Assembly (NCBI GenBank): GCA_002104905.1
Contig: MCFE01000026.1
Span: 166,791-230,790, forward strand
Direction: 5' to 3'
DNA: 64,000 nt
Source of the DNA: Basidiobolus meristosporus CBS 931.73
Lineage: Eukaryota > Fungi > Basidiobolomycota
Below the pieces are notes generated by a model that searched no databases, was not told where the DNA came from, and saw nothing but the letters and a program-made list of their open reading frames with translations. Below, one piece after another: positions 25,967-42,295 of this stretch. The first letter of the stretch is position 1. Each line of letters starts with the position of its first letter. Made by a program: the position numbers and the translations under genes.

Positions 25967-28900
25967 TTACTTCTTGTTGATCAAGAACAGCAATAAATTG
26001 ACGTTGACCGTGACTGCCCCATCAAACAAGGTCGTCACGTTGACGTTGTCGAATTGCAATTGAAGGAGATCCTCCAATCTCAGGATCATGTCCGCGATCT
26101 TCGCGCCCATCATATACGCCTCAATGGAGAACACGCCGGCCTCATCCGACGAGATCGTCATCGCAATCTTCTCAAATTGCTTGGGAGAGAATTGTTCCAT
26201 AGAGAGCAGAACGCCCTTTTGTGCCAGTCGCTCGGCCGTGTACTTGTAGGAACCGAATCTGGGCATCTTTCCACTCTTCTGCAGGTCCTTCAGGTGGAAA
26301 TACTGCCGGGTGAATGGCAGGACCCTGGAACGCTTGTTCTTCTTTTGCGAAAGCTGGCTCATGCAGGTGTGGATGTAATCTAGGTAGGTATTCTTTTGTT
26401 CCTCGAGATAGTTGCTCTTGTCGGCAAGATTCAAAAGCGTCTGGCGAATACGCTTCATCTCCTGTCTGCGTTGGATGCGACGTCGGTGCTTGTTGCGCAC
26501 ATCCGTCGCGATCGAGTTGATCATCTCTTGGTAACCACTTTCGTACGAGACTCTTCCCTCGCGCTCCAAAAGATTCAGATAATCAAAGGTGACTTTCTTG
26601 AGAGTCAGGAAGTCCACCCCGCTGATGTCAAAGTTGCTCTTGATCCCCTCGCCCTTTGCTCTCTCTTGGGCAATCATCTCCTGGAATCTTTTTTCATCTC
26701 GGTTGGTAACGGGTCTTTCCAGAATATCCAGAAGCGTTCTGCCTGATTGTATACGGATGATATAAAGAACGAGACGTTTGGTCTCTACAAACAATTGTTT
26801 GACCTCCGATTCTTCCTCGCCCAGATCGGCCAGCTTGTTGGTCAAGGTCAGGGACAATTCACGATCCTGGAACCCGCTCTTAATGGTCGGAGCGGGGCCT
26901 AGGTCTTCCAGAACAGCGCGTAATGGATCATCCATTTCCGGCGCCAACATATCAAGACTCTCCTCAAGCATCGCGTGCACAGAAAAGACCTCGCTAGTGT
27001 TAATATAGATGACTGGCTTCTGGCGATTCGCCAGATCAAGGAACTCGTCAATCTGGAAGTAAACCTCGGGATCGCACACCGCGGTGACATTGTAGGAATA
27101 CTGGGCAAAGCTTTCCGAAGTGAATTTCACGTAGCTGTCCAATGCTTTCAAACCCACATTCTCATTTGAAAAGGGTTTGCCAACGCAGACTTGGTTTAAC
27201 ATCTTAGCAACCTCGGCCAGATTCTTACGTTGCAAAGGGTTGATGTTGGTTTCTATCACGTCGAATGTCTCCGGGGCGATAATTGCAGGATTGATGTAAC
27301 GGTAGTACACCAAATTTCCGACTACTTTGAGGATAGTGTTCTCCTGTTCATTGGGCAGCTTCGCCATCAATGCTTCCCGGAGCTCACGAGCAATGTATCT
27401 GATACCGTAGGGCATCTTGTCCAACGAGTTGTGGATCGAGTTGACGAAATTCGTGGTGATAGTGGTTAGCTGTTTCAAGTGGGAGATGAGAACCTGTCGG
27501 GTTTCAACATCTTCCAGGGCCGAATCGAGAGGGATGTCATATGGACGGTTACTCTTCTTTCCCTCTCTGGATTCCTCTTCTCTGATTAATTTACGATAGA
27601 TGGCCAACGGATCAGTCTCTAGGTCAAGCGTGGGGTCTTCAATGATTTGCTTGACTAGCGGTTGAAGCAACTCACGCAAATACTTTCTTTCCTTTGCCCC
27701 GCGATTGTAATGGACGGCTAGCTTAATGAATACCGGATTGCCTCGTAAAAAGTCGGAAACCGTCTCAACGTTCGAAATTTCGACATCAATGGCGGCCTTG
27801 AACAGCTTCAACAAAAGGTACTCCTCTCGCTCATTCTGCGCAAAACCGAACAAGGTCAAAACGACAGTCTCGACAAATTTCTTGGTTCTATCTCCCATGA
27901 AGTTTTGGTTCATGATGAAGAGAAGACGCGCCAAATAGATTGGGTGTGTCTGAAGTAAATAGAACAGTTGTTGGTAGCACTCCAACTTGTGTCTATTATC
28001 CTTGTCTAGACTCTTCAGTGACGAAGCGGCAGCGTGATAATCATCTGATACATTGTACTGCCTTTTAGATGCACGGATAACTTCGTCCAGAGAAATTCGA
28101 TTCTTGACTAGAAGGGCGATTTTAATATCAAGATCGTTCAAGTGCGTCTCCAACTCATTATTCTGACGAATAGTCAAAACAGCTTGCTGACGTAGACGCT
28201 CCAATTCCATCTCTTCCTGGAAATCCTTGTCCCCGTCGTCTAACAAATGAATGAAGTTTCGCATGGTCGATACAGGCGGATCCTCAACCATAGTCAACGT
28301 ACGGTATGCGTTGTTCGCAAGCTTGGCTCGAAATACGCTTTGAACCTTGATGATCTTGTCGGCATTGTTGACATAATGCTCCCAACGTTTACGTTCCTGA
28401 TTCTTACGGATGAATCCTCGGACACACTGCTGCACTTTGATAACCTCTTCCTCATGAGTGGCATAATGCTCGAGTAAACCACCAACTTTTTTACGGGAAA
28501 GCACGCCGCGAGCCATCGCTTGAAGCTTATGGACAGCGGATTCACGCTGGCGCAAATACTCGCGTATCTCATCCTGCCGCTTACGAACTAGGAAGCCACG
28601 AGCGATAGCCTGAGAGCGAATCACTTGATCTTGATAACCATAGTAATGACTGAGTGTTCCTCGAATATTACGTCGAGCTAGCAATCCTCGGGCCATAGCT
28701 TGTAATTGGGTGATCTCATTTTCAAACATCAAGCAATGTTCAAGAACGGCGCCAAGTCTGCTTCTGGTAAGCACTCCTCTAGCAAGGGCCTGAATCTGGG
28801 TAATGGCAGGGACATTGCTTTGCACCCTATCTAAAAATCCGTCCATCTCCTTGCGAGCCAACATGCCACGAGCAAGCGCCTGTACCTGAACAATCGCAGG

Positions 28901-31562
28901 GGTACTACGGTGCAACTGGCTGTGGATATCATCGATCCTTTTGCGAGTCAACACACCTCGGGCAAGAGCTTGGATTGAGGTGACTGCTGAGATGCTATCA
29001 AGCAGTTTCTCTTCTAAAGCGTTTTTCTGCTTGCGAGCAAGCATGCCTCGAGCAACAGCCTGCACCTTAACTATATCATCAGTGTTTTGATGATAGTGAT
29101 CCAGTGTTTGCTTCAGGTGGTTACGAGCCTGAATTCCCCGGAATACTGCTTGAGCTTTGACTACTTTGTCCATGTTATCAACATAGTGATCCATAGTAGC
29201 CTTGAATTTCTTCCGGTTCAGAAGGCCCCGGATCAAAGCCTGCGTTTTCACTACTTTCGATTCGTTATTGTGATAGTGCTTTCGCATGTTTTGAACAGCT
29301 CGACGAGCTAATAAACCACGGGCGACCGCTTGTGCTCTGACCACTCTTGGTACGTTGTCTCCATAGTGCTTTTTCATTTCTTGCTGAGCTTGGCGGACCT
29401 TGTTGCCTCGAGCAATAGCCTGTGCCTTGACAACCTTATCGATGTTTTGATGGTAATAGTTCTCCATATCAATTCGTGCCTTCCGTACCATATGACCGCG
29501 GATGGTTGCTTGTATGCGAGCAATCTTGTCCTGATTTTTCCTATAATGGGCTAGTTTTTGCTGGAAATGTCTTCGGGCAAAGTAACCACGGGCGAGCGAC
29601 TGTATCTTGACAACATTATCGGTGTTGGAACCAAAATATGCCAGCTTTTCTTGATAGCGTCTACGTGCGAAGTGGCCACGGACGACTGATTGCGCTTGAA
29701 CAATACGAGATTGATTACTACGGAAATGATCGAGGGTTGCATTGAAAACGCTTCGGGTATTTCTGCCCTTTACAAAAGCCTGGATCTTCACAACCTCTTT
29801 TTCGTGCTGCTTGTAATGGTTGAGCATGCTATTCAACCGCTTTCTGGCTAGGTAAGCTCTTGCGAGGGCTTGTACTTGTGCGATGCTCTTGGCATTCTGC
29901 GTGAGAAACACCTCATTACTGTGGCGTGAGCGACGTACTAAATAACCACGAGCCAGTGCTTGCATCTTAACAATGAAATCAGCATTTTGCCGAAGAAGAT
30001 TTGTGTTGCGATGGTAACGGTGCCGTGAAAGATAGCCACGGGCCCGTGCTTGAATTTGGATGATCGTGTTTTCGTTCATTTGATGTCGAGAAACCAGCTG
30101 TTGAATAGATTTGCGAGCCAATAGTCCACGGCAAAGGCATTGTAGCTAAGGGTTGAATAGATTAGTTGGGGAGCTCACGTGATATTTTTTGGGTGTGTAT
30201 ACCTTGGTGATTTGCGGCTTCATCACTCCAAGTTTCTGAAGTTTAGAGTCGAGAGACTTCCTAGCAAGAACACCTCGCATTTGGGCCTGTATATGGGTGA
30301 GCGCGATGGTCGATTGCTGATGGATACGTTTCTGCTCGGTGAACTTTTTCGAGGCTAGGTATGATCTTGCAATGGCCTGGCACTTGATTACATGACCTTC
30401 GTTCTCTGACCAGTATATCCGTTCCACTGGAAGAGCAGGTTAACCAAGGGATTCGCGAAATATTCTCATGTCATTAGCCTTACGTTCTTCTGCAGTTGGC
30501 ATTGGTTCCGGCTCTGGTTCGGGCTCTGGTTCATTCAATTCTTTTGCAAGAGTCTTTTTGAGGCTGCTGAAAGCAGGCATAGCGACTCCGGACCTATCGA
30601 GCTCATCCTGAGTGTTTTTCAATTGCTCGTCTAAATCAGATTGGTCGGATTTTTAGCATCATTCCGCTCAGCAAATAGCAGTCTTGCTCATACCTGTAAA
30701 GTTGAGCTTGCCCACCAAGTTATTTACATTTGGCGCCCGGCCTTTTTTAAATAGGAAATGTCTATGGTATAGTGGATTAGAGCATGTCAACCGAAGCGAC
30801 CGAGTGGAGAATCGACTTACCCAAGTGCATGTATACAGTAAATCACCTTTGGTATATTTTTCTTCTCGTACAGATCAGTCAACTCAAAAAGAAAGTTCTA
30901 TAGAAAAGTGGTTAAGTGGTGGGATCAGACAGGCCAACGATAAAGTGGAAGAATACGTACCTCAGGCAGCCCGATCTTGTGGATCGCATCGAAGAAATAA
31001 TTGATGTTATCGGAGTGTCTGAACTGCAGTCTTGGTGCCTTCAGTAAATAAAACATCAGTATATGAATGAAATGGGATTTTTCCCAAAATGAGGATTACC
31101 TCAAATATCTTCTTGACGCATGTAGGCTCGAAAAATCTCGCCAGTTTTGCGATGACCACACCGTTTCGAATACTTTCTTCGAGCGTTTCAATCGGATCGA
31201 TCTCTTCTTTTAAGCACGCCTCAATCCATCTAGATTTTTGGACGACTAGTAAGGCGAATGTTCAGGAAAAATAATGCCATTAAATTGACGTACTCTTTCG
31301 CTTCTCCAACATGGCAAAGATACTCGTATGCTTGCAAATTCTTACGCTCCATCTCAATCCAAGCCGCATTTCGCATTGCTTTAAGTGTGCCACTATCGAT
31401 GGTCAGATTCTTTTGAAGACGTACACGGCCCTTAAGTCCTGTATGTGACCAGATCAGTAAGGAGAAGTGAGGGCATTGAGGACAGTGAGGACCTAGGTAC
31501 TAACCTACGACATCTTCATGCTCCGGAGGAACAATATCCTCCGGATTAGTGACCACCGTCAT
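25967..31562 (-). CDS. IQGAP-family protein (CH domain, IQ repeats, RasGAP, RasGAP_C)
   Basis: 5' exons encode NLQAYEYLCHVGEAKE (start of the CH region). About 23 IQ motifs, then YQQLFYLLQTHPIYLARL, GNLVYYRYINPAIIAPE, FGSYKYTAERL and VNVNLLLFLINKK. Confidence 0.93.
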
Positions 31563-32446
31563 CCGTTTGAAAAGGTTGCGCTGAATTTTGACGAAGGAAA
31601 GCGGTAGAAAGGTTCGGTTGTAGGGTAGTCAGCGGGTGAGATATTAAATTAGATACTATTTACAAGCGCGGACGAAGAACAGGTTTGTACACTGCTTGGC
31701 TCTTTGAAATAAGAATGTAACTTCGGTAAAGCGCTCGAAAGCAAATAAGCGAGACAAACTGGAAGAGTTCAGCTAGCTTTCAACACCGGTCAAAGTAAAT
31801 AAACCAGACAATATTGACGAGGGTGCGATTGGTTGGATTTCGGAATGAATTGGGGAGTGCACATAGCGAACGACACATCCACACTAAGAATTGGAATTAA
31901 TTTGTTTACAGTGGCAATAACAATCAATCTAGTCGGATTTATGTTGTTTTCATTTTAATATAAGGATGTGAGCAGAAATAGATTTGGCCAATAGACAGCG
32001 CCAAAGGGTGCAACAACAATAACACTAGTCATTATTTACCTGTAACTCCACGGATGACGTCCAGCAAGTGACATCCCACAAGATGCAGTTTCTCATCTAC
32101 TGGCAATGACTGATATATGACAACCGCTGTAAAACCTTCAGATTCACCATGGAAGAGGTGGGTCTAGCTTAGTGAATGCCACGGCTCAATTTCGTATCCC
32201 ACGTTCAGCCCACGTTCTTCTGCATGAGCACGTACTTGAGATGATGCTTATTCTGTTTTTATTTGATTTTGCACTAGTGGTATTGTTGGATAGATGGCGG
32301 CTTTTGTGTAGAAACTCGTCATGTTAGCAGTGAATCATGCTTTACCATGGACAAGTGTTGATTTCATATTAAATGGATTGAGGTGACAATCAATAGTCTA
32401 ATTGGTAAGTTGCACTTTGGCAAACCAAATGAGGGCATTCGCTTGC

Positions 32447-34990
<2,544 letters not shown>

Positions 34991-35299
34991 GCTTGAAAGT
35001 GTTCACAATATCACTTGACAAAAAAAAAGTATATGAACTATTGATTAATATTGTTGATCATCATTTTGTTTTAACCCTTGATTTATAAATAAGCCAATCG
35101 TTTGTATAGCATGCGTGTGAATAGCAATGTTGCTGCGTGAATAGCCGTGTTGCTGCGTGAATTGTATTGATGGTGGCATTAGATAGTTGATCGAATAATT
35201 TGCGCTAGAATTGTGGTAAGCTTGACCCTTTTGGTGGGTAGTTATCTGCGGAACAAGGTTTGAATACACCTAATCAACGGTGTGCATATAGGATTGCTA

Positions 35300-35570
35300 C
35301 ACTCGATAACATGCTATCCACAAGCGTCATTTGTAGACCCCCTCACCGTGTACCCAGTAGAACTCTTGCTAGTAAGTGCAGGTGGCAATCAGTTCAAATT
35401 ATTATCAAGAGTTAGACAGGTCATTCTTGCCATCTCAAGCTGTGGCGTTGCAAACTTTGCCAAAATTGGATCCGCATCTATCCTCCGCAATCACCCCGTA
35501 TTCAGTATCAGCTAGCACAGGTGTATCCCTTGTTGCCCATCCAGTTGCCCTGCAGAACATCAGTTAAGCC
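35300..35570 (+). pseudogene. Degenerate remnant of the GPI surface-protein family
   Basis: DNA similarity to copy E (CCCCTCACcgtgtacccagt; AGTGCAgGTGG; TCAGtATCagctAGCACAGGTGTATCC) but frames are broken and no signal peptide is seen. Confidence 0.6.
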
Positions 35571-36174
35571 AGTATTCCGGACAAACATCCATTCCTAGTG
35601 CAAGGGAGCGTGCTTAGGGGGATTGGCGTACTTGGCTCTCACATATTTGTATTGATCATTTAGCAAACTTGTGTCTAAATATATCTCATTGTTATCCCCT
35701 TGATAGTCGTCATCCTAGAAAAGTTCTAAAAAATGCCAGACCAGTGGTATACTGAATATCAACTGCTACCTTTGGAACCCTTATATTTCGATAAGAGCAC
35801 CTTCGTTACCAGTGCGCAGCTTTAGAGTGATGTGACCTAACTTGTCCATCATATTTACAGCATGCTTAAATTGAAATTGATGCCAAGTATCTGCTAAGCG
35901 GGTGTTGGATGGTACTGAGATGCGACCATATATGCTGAGAAGTGCGAATGTCAATATTGTTGAGTACTGGAAAGTATCAGTCTGGTAGAATCTGGTGTCG
36001 TTTGGTGCTCGCTTCAGCCCAATTACCATTTCCAGGCTATCAGACTTAGCCTACTCGAATGTTACTTGGCAGTCATTGCTCAGGGGTATATAAGTGCTGG
36101 GATGTATTCCTGGCTACTCAACAATCATCCTCCATTCTCATCTCTCTCATTCTGCCATTCTTGCATCCACCAGC

Positions 36175-36720
36175 ATGAAAATGAACTACAGACTCTCAGT
36201 GCTCAGTGTGTTGCTCATTGTAGCATTGGCCGCTTCAATCTCACAAGCTCAGACATTCGATGACCCTACCTCCGATGATTTGCCATCCTCAAGCACCGTC
36301 AGCGGGTCCCCTCACTCTGTGCCTAGTGGGACCCACAGTCCACCTGCCCCATCCGGAAGACCAAAGTCCCCAGTGAGTGCAAGTGGAAGCCAGCCACCAA
36401 GATCATCAGGAGTTGGCCCTGTTGGCACTGCCATTCCCAGCAGTGGTGTTGTTAGTTCTAAAGGCTCTGCCATGATAACAACTCCACCAGGGGCCCCAAT
36501 ATCTCTTCCATCTTCAGCCATTCAGTCTCAATCAGCATCGATCAGCACAGGTGTATCCTCTGTTACCAAACCTAGTGGAGGCTCAGTTGCATCGCAGAGT
36601 ACTAGTTTAGCTAAAACTGCACCAACAACCATTCCCAGTGCTGGGGATCGCTTACGTTTTACTGTTGGCCTTCTTAGTGCTCTATTATTTGCATTGGCCA
36701 TTTGGCAAGCCCCTATCTAG
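36175..36720 (+). CDS. GPI-anchored surface protein, copy E (181 aa)
   Basis: Same signal peptide and N-terminal half as copy A, divergent C-terminal half. GGGTATATAA box, TATATAA at 36087-36093. Confidence 0.85.
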   Translation: MKMNYRLSVLSVLLIVALAASISQAQTFDDPTSDDLPSSSTVSGSPHSVPSGTHSPPAPSGRPKSPVSASGSQPPRSSGVGPVGTAIPSSGVVSSKGSAMITTPPGAPISLPSSAIQSQSASISTGVSSVTKPSGGSVASQSTSLAKTAPTTIPSAGDRLRFTVGLLSALLFALAIWQAPI

Positions 36721-37509
36721 TTGTATCGCATCATCACTCCCGAGCCAATTCCTTTCAACTGACACAGGAAAGTCCAATCTTTATTACAATGTCAATCTAA
36801 ATAAAGTCGCATTATTGTTCACACTATTGCTTGGAGGTTACCTCGGTGAGGATTTGCAACTGAAAACAGTTCGTCATGAAATATACCAAAAGTAGACTGA
36901 GCCAGCTACTTCACCTCCTGAACACATTAGTTGTCTGGAAGGATGTATTGTTTACATGTTCCCAGCCTTGGTTTGAATGTTACTATATTATTTGCATCCG
37001 ATGCGTTCATAAACCTTGGCTATCGCGCAGCAATCCACGACCAAAATGGTAATCTGTGCACATGGTACCGTTCATTAAAAACATGTAATTGATTTGATTC
37101 CAGATAAGCCTATAATTAACTAGATGATGGATGCAGCTAGAGAGGATAACGGTCGTGAATACTCCGGCGTTATAACAAGTTACCTCATTACTATTAATAG
37201 GGGTGAAACTGAACCCCCATTATATCTATTCTATACAAGAAGTGGACAAAGACTGTAAGATATAGGTTTTGTCAACATTACTAAACTAAAACTTGGTGAT
37301 ATTTCCCAATAGTCCCGAACCTGCGGATTCAGATACACATCAGGACACCAGGCCAGTTTTGTTACTCTGAAACTAATAACCTTTTGTTACGTTAGAGTTA
37401 ATTGACATCCATTCCTCAAGGGTATATAAGTGGTCGGACACATCGCACCACAATCATCCTCCATTCACATCTTTCTCAATACCGTTTTTTGGATTTGGCA
37501 TCTTGAACC

Positions 37510-38016
37510 ATGAAAATGAACTACAGACGTTTGGTGCTCAGTATATTGTTCATTGTAGCATTGGCCGCTTCAATATCGCAGGCACAAACAGTCGATGATC
37601 CTACCTCCGATGATTTGCCATCCTCAAGTGCCATTAGTGGGTCCCCCCACTCCGTACCTACTGAAACTCGTGGCCCGTCTTCTTCCGGAAATCCAAAGTC
37701 ACCAGTAAGATCTTCAGGAGTTGCTGCTATCCCAAGCAGTAGTGTCGGCAGTTCGATTCATTCAACTCGTATCAGCAGTGGCGCTGGATCAGCAGCCCTT
37801 CCGTCGTCCTCGATTTCTTCACGTCCAGCAGCAGCTAGTACAGGTGTCTCCCCTGCCACAGGTTCTAGCGCAAGCCCAATGTCATCACCAGGCTCCGGTG
37901 TTGCGAGCCGCCCAGGCCCAACTGCTACACCCAGTACTGGAGATCGCCTGCATACTGGTGCTGGCATACTTGCTACTGTCATGTTGGCATTTGCAACCGC
38001 TCAAACCTGGTTTTAG
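37510..38016 (+). CDS. GPI-anchored surface protein, copy F (168 aa, diverged)
   Basis: MKMNYRRLVLSILFIVALAASISQAQTVDDPTSDDLPSSS...PSTGDRLH plus hydrophobic tail. TATATAA at 37423-37429. Confidence 0.85.
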   Translation: MKMNYRRLVLSILFIVALAASISQAQTVDDPTSDDLPSSSAISGSPHSVPTETRGPSSSGNPKSPVRSSGVAAIPSSSVGSSIHSTRISSGAGSAALPSSSISSRPAAASTGVSPATGSSASPMSSPGSGVASRPGPTATPSTGDRLHTGAGILATVMLAFATAQTWF

Positions 38017-38510
38017 AATAATAATGGTTCATCATCACTACTATAACGAATTTCCATCATACATCACTAGTGTGCCTAAGATCGAAAGCAATTCTCTTTA
38101 TTTTATATTTTGCCTTAAGTAATAAATATCTGAGTTTAAACGAGGCTCTTGAACATCGTTGATGTAACATGAAATCGAACATATCCGCCCATAGGCCGCA
38201 ATATGTGAATAGTCGAAATCTGATAACAAGAAAGACGTCAAATGTATACGCGGATTTTTCGGATAGTGAAGGTTAGTGCATGTGTAGTTATTTTACAAGC
38301 ATTGCTGTTTCCTACGTCACTAGATCGCATTTCAGAACAATGCTGATATCAATACCTAAACCAGCGGATTCAGCCTATTCGCTACCCTGAAACCATCAAC
38401 TTTAGCCCGCGTTAGAGTCACTAGGTAGTCACTATTCGAGGGTATATAAATGACTGGATACCAAGTCACTTATCTCCATCTCTCTTACTGATAATCCTAA
38501 ATCCTTAAAC

Positions 38511-39041
38511 ATGAAAATGCGCTGCAGATTCTCAGTGCTTCAAGTGCTGCTTATTGTGGCATTGGTCATATTGACCTCACATGCGCAAACATCCGAAAAT
38601 TCATCATCCACAACCTCCATCAGCGGATCCCCTCACACTGTACCTAGTGGAACTCGTGGGCCCTCTACCACATCTGGAAGACCAAAGTCATCGGTGAGTG
38701 CAAGCGGAAGCCAGCCACCAAGTTCATCAGGAGTTGACCCTGTTGTCACTACCATACCAAGTAGTGGTGTCATCAGCTCCATAAGCTCAGCAAGTGTCAA
38801 TACAAGCATTGGACCAACAACAACCTCTTCCTCAGCAATCACCTCATCTCTAACATCAGCTATCACTGGTGTATCCTCTATCACCAGCCCTAGTACAAGC
38901 CCAGTATCGTCGCATATTACCAGCGCCACTAGCCATCCCAGACCAACAGCCACACCTAGCGCTAGTGATCGCGCATACATTGGTACCGGCATAATAGGCT
39001 CTTTCATAATGGCATATGCCATTTGGCAGGTCAATTTATGA
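38511..39041 (+). CDS. GPI-anchored surface protein, copy G (176 aa, most diverged)
   Basis: MKMRCRFSVLQVLLIVALVILTSHAQT...SGSPHTVPSGTRGP...PSASDRAY plus hydrophobic tail. TATATAA at 38443-38449. Confidence 0.8.
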   Translation: MKMRCRFSVLQVLLIVALVILTSHAQTSENSSSTTSISGSPHTVPSGTRGPSTTSGRPKSSVSASGSQPPSSSGVDPVVTTIPSSGVISSISSASVNTSIGPTTTSSSAITSSLTSAITGVSSITSPSTSPVSSHITSATSHPRPTATPSASDRAYIGTGIIGSFIMAYAIWQVNL

Positions 39042-40769
39042 ATCCACAACATCCAAATGACTTGACCTGAGTCAACTGGTGATTATCTGTTGCGAGAATA
39101 TACAGAAAAGCGCATTGATATCTAGCTCATTTGTGTACCAAATAATTGCTTGACATTCTTGACAATACGATAGATTATCTGGTCCCTTTTGCAATTTGCA
39201 TCATCCTGCCCTGATATTAATGCTCGGGAATATGCTATTTAGAAGAGCCAATGTCTTTGCATTCTAACGCCTTTGATTATTATATTATCAAATAAACGTA
39301 TTGAACCATCCACGACGGACCTTGTACTCAGATGTCGTGTGTTATGATTGGGTATGACTAAGCCATTGCTAAAAGAGCCGGTGTATTGATTGTTTCATTG
39401 ATAATGGGGAAGGGGTGAATACATTCCACTACCAAGGCACTAGTTTGGGGTTTCCTCATCGTGGCTACGGACGGGTGGTGTGTCCTGGTAACATTCCCCG
39501 CGTGCAATTCATGGAGTCAAGCATAGGTACGCCCACTTGAAAGTGAGGTTTCAGGAATCATGGCAGCTGTAGAGCCTAAATAGCAACGATTGTCATGCAT
39601 CCGCTTTGGGCTGACTACATCCTCCCAATGGCCTACGATAACACCTAAGCTGAGCAACTAGATTATCACGAGGGAGTCTCAGTGCATCTACTCAATCCCA
39701 AGTGTCATTGGACCAAGAATGGGAACCAGATAGTGGTACCTACAGTGTACAAGCAAAAAGTTGGTTACCGAACGGCCGACGAAGTGCCGTAAACAACCTT
39801 GGTAGAAACATCGAAATCTAACTACAGTACATACGTAGGACACTTGCTAGTCATCTATCATCACAATTAAATTGGATATTCTCAAGCGCACGCTATGTAT
39901 CATACATAGTCATCTGGTGAGAGCACGTGTTTGCTATATCTAGACAACAATGGTGTAGAAGAAAATGGTACGGTTGACCTTGCCCTCGCCCAAGAGTCGC
40001 TTGTGAAATATTTCATATTGCCAGAAAATATGTTATCCTTGAGAGTCGCTTCCAAGATATAAAAAGGCTGCTAGACAACAATCTGTCCTTGTGTAGGGCT
40101 TCTTTCTAGGCGGCAGTTATACTGTCGAGACGATCAACGTGGCACAGCAAGGATGATGGGTTCGTTTCATGCATTCCAGGATAAATAAAAATCATTTGTG
40201 TCATGAACCCTAGCCAGGTAGTGGCTAAACACATAGTACCATATCTGTCAACAGGGCAATGTTTCTCACCCATATGACGATTTTTCGAGCAGCTATTTTA
40301 GGCGAGTCTTTCCTTTCTAAGCGATCTTGGGGCCTTCACAGATCATATGGGTATTCTTTTGCACTGAATTGCCAAATGGTATTGTCCCATGTGCCCTAAG
40401 GATTTACCTAACAAGAAGTGAGCCAACAACCGTATATATTTATAATCGAGTCTAATTTACTACCGAGACAAAATTCGTGCAACTTGAGCGTATCTGGAAT
40501 CCATATCCGGTTTTATCACAACTTCCTTTGCAAAATATAAAGTGGTTCTGGGTCACAGCTCTCCCCATTTTTTTCCAACTGGGAATTCCTTCAAATAGTG
40601 AAAGCTTCAACGCTTCTGTTTACCTCGATTGTCATCCACAACCACTTCTCGTTTACTCCCAATTTTTTTGTATTCCTTGATTTTGTCCCTTTTACGCGTC
40701 ACTCACTTGCTGTTTATATTTTGATTTCATAAACGAGTATACATACTTCTCTACTCTTTTGTACACATC

Positions 40770-42131
40770 ATGCCGCCTCTTAATTATTACAAAGATCAAG
40801 TGGATTTTTCCTCTTATTTCTCCTATACGGGTAACAACGCAGCTACCCGGTTCTCTACTCCTTTCGATGTCGATAGTGTCAATGGTGATACCCACAGAAA
40901 AGGCTCACAAGTCCCCTCAGATCAGCCGCTCTTTTTGAACTTCACCGCTGATCTTAACCCTCAAAATGGAGGCAAGAAACAAAAAATGAAGAAAAAAAAT
41001 AGCTACAAAGTCAACGGGGTGAATATCTTGAACAGGAAAAGTTTAGATAGCTCCACCGCTCTTGAAAGGCTCCAGAAGAGGCGGGAGAACCATAATTCGG
41101 TCGAGAGGAAGAGGCGAGACAACATTAACGCTACGATCATGGAGATCTCGGAGCTTTTGCCAGGTGGTGTGTCCACCTCTTCGAAACCCAACAAAGGAAA
41201 TATTCTGAAGCTTGCTTCGAAATACATCAAGGTAATTAGCACCATACCTTCTAGAATCTCTTTCGGTATTAACACCTGATTATAGGAATTGAAACATGAA
41301 GTCAGATCATTGAAGAATGAAGTGAGAGTTCTGAAGGGTGAAGAGCCAGTGGAAGAGGAGCCAGACGAAGACCCTAAGGATATAAGGAAAAGAAAAACCA
41401 TCGACAACGAAAGCTCTGGTGAATCAGATGAGGATAATGATATTGGTGATCAGGATGAGCAAGAGATGGAAAATGATGAGGATACTCTTTCTTCTGCCGA
41501 ACCTTCACGTCAGGTATCCCCCGAAACAACCCCAGAGAATGATATACAAAGCGACGAACACAAGCAGCCCGAAGAAGTTAAGGACACTACAGAACCCAAA
41601 GCCATCTCCAAAGCTTGCGAAAAAGAAGTAAGCCCTGAGCCACAGGTGGCTGAAGTCGAGCAATCGAAGGGGTCCGACCTGAACAAAGACCATTCAGAGT
41701 TGGAGCCTGTGAAAGGAAGTACTAAACAATATCTGGAGTCTCCCGTGAGTAGCCAGGAATACTCGGATAATTTCAACACCCTTAATACTGCGGACAAATT
41801 GGCTAGCTACCCCATTCTTGGTGGAAGCAAACGCCAGCGTGCTGATAATTATGCTTTACCGGGGATGGGCCAATTTGCAATGATGGCAGCTCCCACGCTC
41901 TCTCATATGCATACATTCAACGCTGCACCTCGCCAGAGTGCACCTGCTAGCCCATTTGGCTTTCAGCTTCCTGGTCCTTCCCATCATGCAACTCCTACAC
42001 CACCACCAAACGACCAATCTCATTTTGTCAACCATATGGCTTCAGTGCCAAGCTACCAACCACATCCTCACGCAAGAGGACCTCCGAATATGATGTTCCG
42101 CGAATACAACGGCAATATAAATATGTACTAG
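40770..42131 (+). CDS. bHLH transcription factor (E-box binding, Cbf1/USF-like basic region)
   Basis: RRENHNSVERKRRDNINATIMEISELLP...NKGNILKLASKYIK, intron about 41232-41286, then a zipper-like segment and an acidic region. Confidence 0.88.
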
Positions 42132-42295
42132 ACAACCACCTCCACCTTTATTTTCAATTTCTTCAAAACGGGTTACCCTCCAGACTGGTAGCCACAAGCT
42201 TATTGTTATTCCATGATAGAGATCGTTATCGTTTAGGTGTATGGTGATGATAATTAAATTAGTTGTTCAACCATCAATGTGGCAAACTAGGCAAA

